A DNA stretch of 64,000 nt from contig CAJINV010000003.1 of NCBI GenBank assembly GCA_905178155.1, positions 2,065,065 through 2,129,064 of the forward strand, written 5' to 3'. Made by a program: the position numbers and the translations under genes. Shown piece after piece: positions 12,301 to 24,075 of this stretch. How positions within the stretch are numbered: position 1 is the first letter of the stretch; every line of letters starts with the position of its first letter. This DNA comes from Amoebophrya sp. A120 (lineage: Eukaryota; Protista; Dinoflagellata). The notes beneath the pieces were generated by a model, which was not told the origin of the DNA, ran no database searches, and worked only from the letters and a program-made list of their open reading frames with translations.

Positions 12301-15300
12301 GATCGGCATATACATTGCAAATATGTAGTCTGGGTCTGGAAACTTGTGATCCAAGGAAGGGAATGGTGAGCTCACTGTAATGCGCTGCCAAGCATGACAA
12401 GTTTTATCGTGGTTCTGAGTTGCGTATTCCGCATCAGAAACTGCGTTTTTGCATGACAGGGAGGAGGAGCTCTTCGCGGGCACGCAATACAGATTTCAGA
12501 ACGTTATGCCAGACTAGCATGACAAATCTCGCAACCTCCCAGACCCAGACATATTTGCAGTTCATACGGCACCGGCAAGCTGCTGACGACGCCCGCAAGC
12601 ATGGTCGCGACGTTGTCCGCTAGCGTGTCCAGAAAGCTTTTCAGATTGTTTTTCGCCAAATTGAACAGCACACCCGCGCCCGCGCTCAACACCGTGGCTT
12701 TCATGGCTTCCTTCATGAACGCTAGCGCCTTGCCCATCGTCGCCACTGCCATGCGAAACATGTTTCCGAGTTTATCAAGCACAGCGAACTTTTGTGTTTC
12801 GCTCAGCCCCAGTCGATGTCTCTGCAGAAACGAGGAACGGGTGTGCAGGTGGACTCCAAGATCTGCCGTGGCACCAGAAATTGTAGGTTTCTCACTAATC
12901 ATGTGTCCGTCCTCTTCTACCTGTATCTTCTCGAACGTGTTTCTACTTCCCGTAGGTGAAGAACTGCGGAAGTCTTGCCCCTGGTAGTTGCCCTCGTCTA
13001 ATTCGGCAGCGCCGTGCAGCTTCGTGCCAGTTGAAGCAGCTGGTGTGAGGAACATCTCGAAGTACAGCTCTTCGACGCTAAACAGCTCAGGTGGAGTTTG
13101 GGCTGCAACAACTCGAGAAATTTGTAATGTGCTGGTGGCTGCACCAAACAACCCATGCGACTTTGCCTGATTGGCCATGTTGGCCACGCTAACGGAAGCC
13201 TGACCGTCGGATGCCATGTGACTGGCAATCGTGGAAGCCAGGGCCGCGTTGGTGTCGCTACCCACCCCTGCTGTTTTTTCCTCTTTAGCGAGTCGCGCCG
13301 CTGCCGCCAGTCGCGCGGCCTTCTCCTGTTTGGTTTCCCCCTTCGCAATTTCTCGCGCCTCGGCGGCGGCACGCGCCGCGGTCGCCTCCTCTTCCCTCGC
13401 CTGGGCGCTGCTTTCCCGCGCTGCCTGTGTCATGCTTGCGACTTGATCCTTCTTCGCTGTTTTGGTCTCTTTAGCGAGAGCATCTGCCACGAGCTTTACC
13501 GCACGACCATCCTTGCTTCCCCCACGGAGGATCGCCATGAGGTTGCTGAACACGCTCTTGAGCCCTTTCTCGAGAAGCTTATACAGCTTCCCCGCTGGAT
13601 TCGTCACAAGCGAAAGCATTTTGTCTAAAACCCCACTCCGCTCGTCCTTATTGAAAATTTCCAGCGCTTGCTTGACCTTGTCATGCCCTGCTCGTGTTTG
13701 CAGTACGGTCACAGGCACAGCTGCTTTGTCGCTGAAGACAAATTCTTCTCCGTGCCGCAGCTCACAGAATGACCGGCCGTCTACTTCGCGCGGTGTTGAG
13801 AGTGTTCGTGGTGATGAATTGAGTACCTCGCTCTGCTGGTTGTGGTCAAGCACCACTTCTGGAGATGCAACTTTTTGCACAGGAGGTGGCAGCTCCAGAT
13901 ATCCGCGATCCGGCTGGTCGATTCTCCTCCTGCTCATCGGTAGTTCTGCAAGGTGCCGGCTCTCATGGCGGCCGCGCCTTCGCGAAAAAGTGGCAATGAA
14001 GCGCGAAACTGGGGCCGGGTAAGTGGAGAGGGGTGCAATGCTGGATCCGTCTCCAAGAACCGTTGGCCGGACTTTATCGACCACCAAGGCATGGTGGTCC
14101 TGTGACCGCCGCTGCAGCATACTTGTTTGCGTGTTAGCGACTTCGTTTTCCTCGTCACTGCTTCCTCCCTCTGCCTGCTCCTTCTCTGCTAGGGCAGCCT
14201 CCTGCCGCTGCTGCTGGGCCAACTCATTCGGGAGATCATCCTCATCCTTTGCGAAGCCGAAGGCAACGGTAAGAGCGTTGGCCAGCTGAGATTTGAACGT
14301 GGAAAGCAGCTTCCGGCCGAGGATCGGCACCGTCCCGGCCAAAAAGGTCTCGATAAAAATCTGCGCGGACATGCCCGTGGGAGACACCTTGAACACGGGG
14401 TCCAGGACAGTGTACAGGACGTCGCCCAGTCGTGCCACCAGCTTGCCGATAAGAAAATTGTAGAAAAAAAGGCAAAGGAAGTCCACGCCTTTTTTCAGGA
14501 ACACGGACCTGAACAATTTCTCACTCACTTCGTTCCACCAGTCTTTGAGTTTGTGCAGTACCTTGCGCCCATACTTGCCCGCAATATTGAAGATCCCCCA
14601 AAACCCGCTTTTTACCTTCGAAAGGACGGAATTGAACACCTTGCCCACTTTCTTCGCGACCGGTCGAAGCAGCTTGTCGCGCACAGCCTTCGGGACGTCC
14701 GCTAACTTCTGTATAGCACTCTCCTTCTTCATTTTCTTCCCGGCCGCAGCAGTAGTACGCTGGTCGTCGGGCCGTTTCTCTTTCTCCTTCAGATGCTTCT
14801 CGATGGATTGCTCTACAGCCTTGTTCGTTGTCTTTGCGTTCTTCGTACGCATCTTCCGGAGTGTCTTCGGGTTCGCACGCAGCAGCCTCTGCTTGTGCCT
14901 CTCCTGTAGGGCCGCAAACTCCTCGGCCGTCAACGTTGCCCTCTTCGTGTTTTCCAAATCTGTCAGTTGCTGCTTCAGAATGTCGTAGTGTTTTTGTAAC
15001 TGTTCTTCCGTTGGCTGGTCACTTGAGTCGACGTTGATGCCCTTCAGTTGCTTCTCTCCCAATCCCTTCTCTTTGTTCAAGCCGGCCAACGTCTTGTCAA
15101 GTTCGCGCTCGTCCGCAAGGTAATCCGCAAAGCCTCGTTGCTCCGGTGCAGCGCCGCTAGGCCGTGCAATTGTTCCGGTTTGCAAAAACGCAACACGGCT
15201 GGTGGACTCCGACCGCAGCTTCTCGCTATCGACATGGACATGTTCTTGATCTTCATTAAGACCACTACTAGCACCTTCTGGAGAGCTCCTGCTCCTGGCT

Positions 15301-17114
15301 CCCAACTCTTCAAAGAATTCGAATCCGGGACCCGCGGCTGCCAGCGCCGCACGAGCGTCGATCTGCCTGTAGAGAGTTCTTGTGCTGAGAAGACGACCAC
15401 GACCGCTGCGTTTAATATTTCCATGTCGTTCTATTCCAGAAACGACGTCGCCACCGATCCGTCCGTCGCCATCCAAATCGCGCTCTTTCAGTTCCTCCAA
15501 CCGGTTCTTCAGGTTTTCATCACTTTTCGCTCGGGCGGCAGCATGGTGAATTGCGGTTTGCAAAAAGGACGAGGAGTCATCACCTCCATCTTCTGCGACG
15601 CCGCTGCTTCTATCACTGTTCCGGCCTCCACCGCCATCAAACCAGTCGTACGCTGCGTCGCCCACGAAACGGGCTCCAATGCCTTCAATCACTCCTTCCA
15701 CGTTGCCGGCAACTCTGGAGGCCGCTTGCCCTGCCGCTTCCGCGACGTCGTCTAGGCTGTCCGGGATCAGTGCCTTGATTTTCTCCACCTCTTTGTTGAC
15801 AGCGTCCGTCACCTCGTGAATAAAGTGTCGTAGCGCCTTTTTGAACAACATAGGTAGCACCTGGTAGCGGAGCACGGCAACAACCACGTCCAGCGCGGGC
15901 TCAATCAGGGTCAGGATCATTTCGTCAAAGCCCCAGTAGAGCAGCTTTGCCACTACCATCGCGAGTCCGGGCACAAACTGCACGACAATCTCGGTGCCGG
16001 TGGCGATCAGCGTGGCGAGGTTCGTGCGGAGATATTCGGCAACCATACTTTTCCACTGTTGTACCTTGTCTTCTGGGACGAAGTACATCACCATAGAGGC
16101 CATCAAGTGCGCTACCGCCTGTTCGCATTTTTGCGCCACGAACCCCTTCAAGTTTTGAATCGTTTGAAACATCTCCCCCATCAACACGGGGGTCTCCCAA
16201 TGTTGTTGAAGCAGGAAGTGCTGGTGTTCATTGTGGTGCGTAAAGAATCTTCTTGCAGTGGATAGGGCGGTCAATGTCTTTGTTATTTCCAATTTTGTTT
16301 CTAGCAAACTCGTTGTCTCGTTGCTTCCACTACTTATTCCCTGAAGCCGCGGCACAGAAACCAGATCAGCAGACAACTCCACGCTTGTCCTCGCAAAAGA
16401 CGTTTTAGTACTCCGCACCATGTGGCGCTGATGTTCGGTAGGTGGCGCTGCAGGGTCCTCCTTGTCCAACTGGAGAAAGAACACGCCAGAGGCTGTCGTC
16501 GTGGCTGAACCACGTGGTAATAGTTTCGGCTCGTGATCAGAAGCAGGAGAACTTCCTCGGTGCAACGTCGTAGTCCCAGGTTGTATACTAGCAGCACCAG
16601 GCCAGACCTCGAGCTCGACGTCCACCTCCTGCTCTGCACCATTGCTGACATCATGATCAATTATGTTGTCAGTCGTCCAAGGAGCTGCACTGTCCTGATT
16701 TATTTCGAGGAGCAAAGAAACTGAGCCATCGGGTTCGGTGACGACACCGGCACGGTCGTGTGGGTTTATGTCCTGAAGTTTTTCGGTGGAGATTGATGTC
16801 GAACCGCTCTCCTGTAGGTCTTGTAGCTGCTCCTCCTCCTCCTCCTCCTCCTCCTCCTGCAGAAGTGTCGTCCGGGTACTAGTACCAGTACGAGCTGTGC
16901 GCGCAGACGTGAAAAGATGAAGATTGTGGTGCTGGCAGAAGTACAAAAGCCAAACGGCCAAGATGCTGAATATGATCCTGACGACGACACGATGGCAGCA
17001 GGAGATCGTTCTTGCTGTAGAAGCACAACGCCCCCGGGATACAGAGACACACGTCCTCCACCGGACAATTGGCATTACATGCGCCATGTCGCAGTTGCGA
17101 GAGACAAAGCGCAT
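9320..17114 (-). CDS. ~2437-aa putative secreted polyprotein of amphipathic helical modules (3 exons, 2 introner introns)
   Basis: ORFs 12504..17114, 9814..12483 and 9320..9568 join in frame when element+TSD is removed (263 and 218 bp): ...VVSSLPVP|ILKAIPF... and ...EQASSS|SFATTIDE...KMISFFGW. N-terminal hydrophobic segment IIFSILAVWLLYF. Confidence 0.8.
9638..9850. mobile_element. Introner/MITE, family A
   Basis: Termini tatccaaagaaaaaag ... ctttttttcttcgata; TSD gcact/gaact. Interior is homologous to 38063-38280. Removing 218 bp restores the frame. Confidence 0.85.
12309..12566. mobile_element. Introner/MITE, family B
   Basis: TIR tatacattgcaaatatgtagtctgggtctgg / ccagacccagacatatttgcagttcata; perfect TSD cggca (12304-08, 12567-71). 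Removing 263 bp restores the frame. Confidence 0.9.
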
Positions 17115-18063
17115 TTTAATTTTTTGATTCCCGAAGGCCAGGGGGGGCTAGGGCTTGCTTCATCTACACAAAGAAAAGACCACAAAGAAAATACTTTATG
17201 CTATAGCGTAGTAGGGAATTGGAATACAACAATAAAAATATCAATATGCATAGCGAAGTAAAGTTACGGCCTTCCTCTTCAAAGGCAGTCTAAAGACTAG
17301 CTGTAGCTTCCCACTACGTCGAATACCGGAGAATCATGCGATTCCGAACTTCCAACGAAAATTAAGTAATACACGACCCAAAATAGCAGGAGTACTAGAC
17401 GACGACAATGAAAGACGAGATGTGGAATCCGAATGCTGTCACAAAATTGAAGGGTCACGGCGCTTCAGTTTGAAGCACGATGGCAACACGACACGAACGA
17501 ATTCGTCACGCCCAGACCGAAGGCCCAAGCTCATGGCGGACGAAGGGCAAGGGTAAGATCAAAATAGGAACCCTAAATGAAGGCAAGGGTAAGAGTAAGA
17601 CGACGACGATCCGACCAAAATCATGCTGCTTGGATCTCAATGCTGTCGCAAATTGTCACGATTCCCACAAGATGAAGTTGAAGAGCCACCGCCTGGGCCT
17701 AAAGAGGTACACAATGATGAAGTGACTTGGTGTATTAACACACCAGCATAGTTGTACAATTCGAAGTTTAAACACTACTTATGCATGAATTTTTCAAGTC
17801 TCTTTGAGAAATCTTGCTGCCGCGGTTGACAAGAAAAATAGGGCTTGGGCTAGTCTTTTATTTACAGAACAGCGAAACTTGTCAAAGTTTCTCTCTCTTT
17901 TCTTTTGTAAAGTAGGTACTGAAGTCAGTGGTGTGTGCATGCTCGATCATTTTCCTCTGGATTTTTTGTTGTTCGTTTATGCCTCGATCATCACTTCTTC
18001 GGCATGTGCTTATCTGTGCATCACCCATACCGCCCCCTTCGCTTCCGCTTTCATTTGTGACCA

Positions 18064-21000
18064 CTATAACTCAACTTCAATGAGCTCTTCGTCCTCCTCA
18101 CCGGCAAACAGAGCATGGTCTGCGTCCTCGTTCAGAACAACGTGCGTCGTCTTTGTGGAGTCCTGAAAAGATTCCACTCGACTACGACTTCGCCCACGAT
18201 TTTCTCTACTCTTTTGTTCTCGTCCTGAGCCCGTACTAGAAGTAGTTCTCCTGGTTGATGATGAGGAGGTTCTACTTGCCTGGCGCACGGGCTCCTGCGC
18301 GGGTTGGATGAGTCCCTGAAAGAACAGGTCGTCCGAAGTGATCTTGAGCTTCTCGAAATCCGTAAAATCTTCTATCGGATCGTCCCCCACCCGTTGGTAA
18401 CTGGTGCTGTGCATCGCCTCTTCGTCCGTCATCACACCCAGAAGTCTCCCGGCGGCCCACACCCGGAATCTAGCCAACACCTCAACCATCTGGTGAAACA
18501 GCGACGGACTTGCGGCGGCGTCCTCGCATTGCCTGATGTGTCGTAAAAAAGTCAAAAGTAGCTTCGTTGTTCCTTGATCAACTACAACAGCAACACCGAA
18601 AACGGATCATTAACTACATGGCTCGGAAATTTTAGAAAGCACAAGCAGTTGCAGTATGGAAAGCACTTCTACTATCCACGAAACTCCAGGTCTTCAGACA
18701 ATTGCGTGAGAACAACTCCATGACTCGGACCTGTCACATGATTGAACCAAGCGGCGATATTAAAGTAGAGCCACATCCCCGCAAACAGCCCACAACATTA
18801 ATCGAACCTGAACATTGGCTCTGCTTCCGCGCCGAACCGCGTCTCGTTGTACTGCTCTCGCACAGTGACAGTTTCGTTCGACGCCGAGTCCAATTCCGGT
18901 TGTACGAAAACTTTCAGAGAGGGACCGATCCGGCTGTGCACATCCTCTGGACGGGGAGGGGCGGTCTGCTTGCGGCCCTTCCTCATGCGTCGCGGCGCAG
19001 TTCGCTTGCGCGGGGCTCCGGGGGTTCTCTCGCGAACAAAGTCTGTGAACTCTCCGTCGACAACGCGTTTCGCGTCCACGTGGTGCCACCAGCCCGCGGG
19101 AATGTACAGTGCGTCGCCGGGCTTCACTAGGGCCGTCAGCAGCCGCACGTCGTCGACAAACTCTTTGCGTTTGGGCACTTCCTCCTCTTTCTTTTCTGGC
19201 TCGGGTGGTTCGCCGATGCCATTCTCGAGCTCCTCCCGGATCTGGTTGAAAATCTCTTCATTGTTAGGGTCCTTCACGCGCTCGAGGCGCTCGCGCGCTT
19301 GCTCGAGCGGCGTCAGCTTTTTCTTCTCCGGAAACGCGACTTGCTTCCAAACGTCCGGATCCATGAACAGGGCGCCTTGATTATCCCCTACAGACAAGAT
19401 AGAAGTACCACACTCACATCAAAAACGAATCACTTCGAGGTTGCGTTGCCATATTTTTTGGTGACCCGGAAATAATCCCTGGAGGAAAAGGAATGCGAAA
19501 AGACCACAAGAAGGACAAAGCTCTGGCATCCACAATGAACGCACATGTACAACTTTGGAATTGTAACGCGTTTTAATAGCGATAATCAGAAACAAAGAGG
19601 GAAGCACTTTCGTGACAGTACAACTTTTTTTTCTGACGTGGGTGGACTACAACTTTTCTGTAGAATATTGATCTTCGTGCACGAGGAGAACCCGCCGAAC
19701 CGAGTGGGGATCTGGGTTTATCAAGTAGTGGCTGCCCTTCTCGACGTGAAAGGCGGGCTGCGCAAACTCTTCTGGGTCTACTTCCAAGTCTCTCCTGCTC
19801 TCCACTCGCTCCGCAGCTTTCGGTGCCTCCGCAAGTGTAGTTTTCTTTGCGCCGCCCTTCTGCTTCTTCTTGCCTGTCGTACCAGCAGTACTTGCTCTAG
19901 ACACCTCCGTAGTTGCATTTGTAGTATTTCCGGCTGCTGGCGGTTCGAATTCGTGGCGATAGATGTCCTTTCGAAGATGGGTGCGAAGAGACGTGGCGTC
20001 GGACAGTCGCAAACACACCGAGATGGCGGTCTCGCGCCTCCCCACTACCAGCGGCCGTACGGAACTGACCACAAACGGCAGCGCGCGACTGAGCCAAGAC
20101 ATGGCCCGCACCGACAATTGCGGCGCGGAATCCGCGGCAATCGCGGTCGAGCAGGCGACCCACAAAAACCGCTTGGCCGGATGCAGGGGCGTGGGGCCGT
20201 ACCGGTTGTAAAACTTCGAAAGGATCGTCATGTTCATCCCCTGGACCAGTTCCTGCTCGAACAGCTCCTTCTGGGACTCGTTCAGATGCTTCTTGTGCTC
20301 CTCGTGTTTTTGCAAAATGGTATCGTCGTGCAGCAGCAGAAACTCGAGCAGGTCCATCCCATTGCTGGTTTCATTTCCCCCTCGGTAGTGGCCCATGGAG
20401 TCCCGAAAGCCCTCGATAATACTGGCCGTGTCGACCACGCCCGGCGTCCCGATCATGTTGTTGCCCAAAAGAGGGGCTTCTACTCCGACGGTGCCCGCTG
20501 CCGTCTGCTGCCGCTCCTCCCGCCGGGAAATCAGGTGCGGAACCGCATCCAGGGCAAATATAATGCCTGCGTCTGAGAGAAGCCAGACACTTGTCACGCA
20601 GCCTTTGCATTTGGATTCCTCGCGCGAATGTCAATGTCTGCAAAGCGCAGAGAGCATGACAGATTCTGTAGAAGGGGCTTCTCCATGCCTAATCAGCATG
20701 AGAATAAAGTCCCTCCCCTGGAAAGAGAAATCGCCCATCTTTCGCAGCTGACTGTGACTATGCAACACAAGTTTTTTTCCCGTTCAGAATCCGCATCAGA
20801 AGTTTGCACTCATCCAGACCCAGACCACATACTAGTATTTGCAATGCATAAACCATCTCGGCTTGCAAGCGCAACCGCAGGTCCTCCGCCTTGGACACCA
20901 CCACACCCAGCGTGTTCGTGTCAAGAAATGACTTTGTGGTTTTGTTTTTTGAAGTAGTTGTCGCATCTTCAGTTGCACCATCTGCATCTTCCACATCATC

Positions 21001-22811
21001 TGCATCGTCGTCGTCCTCGTCCTCCTCCGCTTCTTCGAAAAACGACGTGAACAGCGAGTCAAGTTTTTCCAGACCGCCGCTGACCGTTTATCAAATGTAA
21101 AAATGTCTGGGTCTGGAAGAATGCAACTTGTGATGCTGAATTTGGATTCCAAAAAAATCTGTACTGCATGAGCAGCAAAGGGAACGCAATTTTTGCTACG
21201 CGGAGAGGGCATTTGTCATGCGGAATAGGCATCGCGAAGCCCTCAAAAATCTGTGGTGCTAGGGCATGCATCACAGACATCATGGCCAATACAAAACATG
21301 CATGACAAGTCTCAGAATCTTCCAGAGCCAGACATTTTTACGTTTGATACCGTTCGCACCGCGTCGAAAATTGGGACGGTGGTGCCGAGCTCGTCCATCC
21401 GGTTGTGACAATGCAAAGAAGTGCCCCGATCCCAGAATGTGGAAGAGTTTGTAGTGCAAAGTTCTCAACAGAAACATTTGCCACCTTGCACGTAGCAGAA
21501 TGACAAGATTTCAATCCAGGATAGCGAAAATATGTGTTGCAAAAAGGCGTGGCACAAAAAACGCTTGTAGTGTAAAAGCTGCTGCGTTGTGCACTTACAA
21601 TGATATCAAAAGCAGAGACAGTTGTCTTCCGAGCCAAGCAAACATAGATAAAAGACTTTTGCATTTGAAAACCTTATGCAACGTCACAAACATTTGACAC
21701 GTCTACTGGCTCTTGGTGTGCTCGACGTCGTGGGCGCACTTTTCAACAACATCATACCGGTACCCGTGCATTTTTTGGCCCTCATCACGGTAGGCTTCCC
21801 GGATGCCTTGGTACTTCTTTTGGAGCTCAGCGATGGCGTCCTCGGCTCCCTCACGCGCCTGGCGCATGCGGGTCGCCGCCCACGTCTCTTTCTCGATCTG
21901 CGCAGCGGCAAGCTCCACTGCGTACTGCTCCACGGGTGTCACAGGAAAAAGTGTCACTTACACATTTGAAAGAGTTTCAGCATCATGCGGTTGCTCGTCT
22001 GCATGGCATGCGGAGGAAGAGGTAATACGCTTTGGTTAATCATACCAGATAAGGCAAGAAGCGTATGAACTCATGACGCGGGCAAGAAGCATATTTATTT
22101 CCTGTATGACCACAGAGGGCGTCTGTCTTGCTCATGTTCTTGCATCAGGAGAGGAGTGTGTAAAACTAAAAAGGTGTATGAAGCACTTTATGTTCTCACG
22201 ATAACGGCGACGTCCAGTTCCATCTTCGCGTCGCCCGCCGAAAGCATCCGCACCTTCGGCCCGCCCTCCACCGTTTCCCAGGTAATCGTGGTCGGGTCGG
22301 TGCTGGGTTTCGCTACAAAAGTGCGGTGCATTGCCTTGTCCCAGTGCGGACTCCGCCCCCGGAAGCTGCAAAGGGGAATCGTATTCGGCAGCGGGTACAA
22401 AAAGGTCAGCAGCGCGACAACGACCGTCAGCGCAACAACCGCGACGGAGAGAAAGGAAAAACACAAACACTTCGTTACCACGCGGAGCACGCAGCAAAAC
22501 GTAGATTTGCATCCTCCTCGTCTTCGGCTTTTATGGTGGTTCTTCGTGGTCGCGTCTTCTACATGATGATGATCCACATTTACTTTGTCAACCATTTTTT
22601 CTGCTGGCGCGTGATCGTCGTCGATACAGGTCGTCCCTTGTTCGCCAGCTGTTGTTCCTTGACCGGTAGCAACATCTGAAGATTCGTCTTGCACCAGCTC
22701 CCAGTCGGTCTCTTTAACGACGTCGGCGCTAGCGATGCGTGCAGACGAAGACTCTGTAGCGGCACCATCTTCACCTACATCGTCTTTCGGAAACGCAGAG
22801 GCGATCTCCAT
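18064..22811 (-). CDS. ~1008-aa membrane-anchored JmjC/cupin-like protein (5 introner-type introns + 1 GT-AG intron 18533-18807)
   Basis: Reconstructed junctions: MELDVAV|EQYAVEL, HTKSQ|MDELG, DAVRT|VSGGLEK, LQAEMV|PHLISRR, VLLVHEDQ|GALFMDP and PMFR|QCEDA. JmjC C-terminal motif VKPGDALYIPAGWWHHV; TM segment FSFLSVAVVALTVVVALLTFLY. Confidence 0.72.
19382..19667. mobile_element. Introner/MITE, family C
   Basis: Degenerate TIR tatcccctacagacaag... / ...cttttctgtagaata; perfect TSD ttgat. Removing 291 bp joins VHEDQ|GALF. Confidence 0.8.
20546..20850. mobile_element. Introner/MITE, family B (degenerate)
   Basis: Right end ccagacccagac...tttgcaatgcata; left end catccagggcaaata...gcgtctg; TSD aaccg/aacca. 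Removing 310 bp restores the frame. Confidence 0.75.
21089..21349. mobile_element. Introner/MITE, family B
   Basis: ~32-bp near-perfect TIR tatcaaatgtaaaaatgtctgggtctggaaga; perfect TSD ccgtt. Close inverted relative of 27265-27524. Confidence 0.92.
21404..21705. mobile_element. Probable highly decayed introner
   Basis: Termini tgt...cta and TSD-like ccggt/ctggc (3/5). Removing 307 bp restores the frame and skips a stop. TIR is weak. Confidence 0.4.
21937..22203. mobile_element. Introner/MITE, family A (degenerate)
   Basis: Left tgtcacaggaaaaagtgtcacttacac, right gcactttatgttctcacgata; TSD acggg/acggc. Removing 272 bp restores the frame. Confidence 0.75.
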
Positions 22812-22822
22812 TCTCAGTCAAG

Positions 22823-22833
22823 AAAATGGCTAC
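22823..22833 (-). other. Possible dinoflagellate spliced-leader relic
   Basis: GTAGCCATTTT matches 11 nt of the dinoSL (CCGTAGCCATTTTGGCTCAAG) and lies 12-22 nt upstream of the ATG at 22811. Confidence 0.3.
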
Positions 22834-23455
22834 TGAACATGAATAGGTGAAAAATTCCTGCTTCTCCTGGGATAGGAATTTGTCAAGTCGTATCTAATGA
22901 ATCTCACTAACGTCGACAACCCTCCATTTGAGTCTTGTAAGACATACATACGTTTTAAGTTTAGTGACACACAGCCAAGATACGAAAAACGACACGACGA
23001 GAAACACAACCACGAAAAGAACTTGGAACTAGAACATCCATATCAATTCTGTTTGCTACGTTATCTCTAGAAAACACAATTTTCACGCAGTGAGCTCTGC
23101 AGCTTCCAACCAAGCCACATGGGAAGAGGCCACGAACGATCACCCCACCATCAAAAAGTTCTAGATGAATTGAGCTTGAGATTGACTATTGGATTTGGAG
23201 CTGATATTCAATAAAAATTGAACTTGTTCAATGTGAAATGGGTGTGTCATCCAAGCCAACTTCAAAACATTGACACTAAAAAATCAAGGAAAAAAAATCG
23301 CGACACTGCCATTACATCCGATCAGACGGTGAACGCTAGAAGTTGCTTTTCTTTCTTGAGTCTGTTTCTGTGCCAATTGTAGGTCGAGCCACCATATCTT
23401 CACAACAAGAATGCTCACAGATAGAATTAAAGTTCGACGAAGTAGCGCAGCGGCC

Positions 23456-23586
23456 TTAAAACCCAGCAGAAGCCATCATGGGGAAAGAGCCCGAGGTTAG
23501 CAGCGCACCACCGAACATGTTGTTTAGAAAAGTTCCGACACTTGCGAGAATACCATCCCGCGCCTGGCTGCTGGTTGTTTTCCTAC
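23456..23586 (-). CDS. Putative alternative terminal exon B of the micro-exon gene
   Basis: Phase-1 CAG|GT acceptor. Encodes GRKTTSSQARDGILASVGTFLNNMFGGALLTSGSFPMMASAGF*, paralogous to terminal exon A (24076-24194). Confidence 0.55.
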
Positions 23587-24075
23587 CTGATATGATATGA
23601 ATATTTTCGTGAAAACAGATCCTCATTTTCGCTCTTGCGGGCCAAAGGCGCACACATCGGACAACAAACAAGAGGGGGCCCCGTGTAGAATACTTGTGTC
23701 GCGAACAGATCACACGTAAGCAATCCGCATGAGCGGAATCTTCACACCCTCAGGATCTGTACTGTGAGGGCAGCATCCTGACAGCAAAGTAAACGTAAGT
23801 AAGAGCGCCGGATGTCAATCCTCTGCAAGGGAAAAAAAAAACGCAATTTGCTTTATTTCATTCAAAACCAAAAGCCACACAAGAAGATCGCTGATGGACA
23901 CGTCGACATCACGATACGATCATCCTCATCATCATCCTTCTCATCTTCCATGGGAAAAAAAAACTGAGCAGATAAGTGGCGCTCTGACCGCATTGCCACG
24001 CCTCCTCCTCGCAAAGCAGATCCGATAAGTGATACACTATATTTGAATGATCCTCGCGCTCGCGCTAGGACTAAG

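Noticed and set aside
16830-16858. (CCT)n microsatellite
   Set aside because: It simply encodes a poly-Glu run in the large secreted protein.
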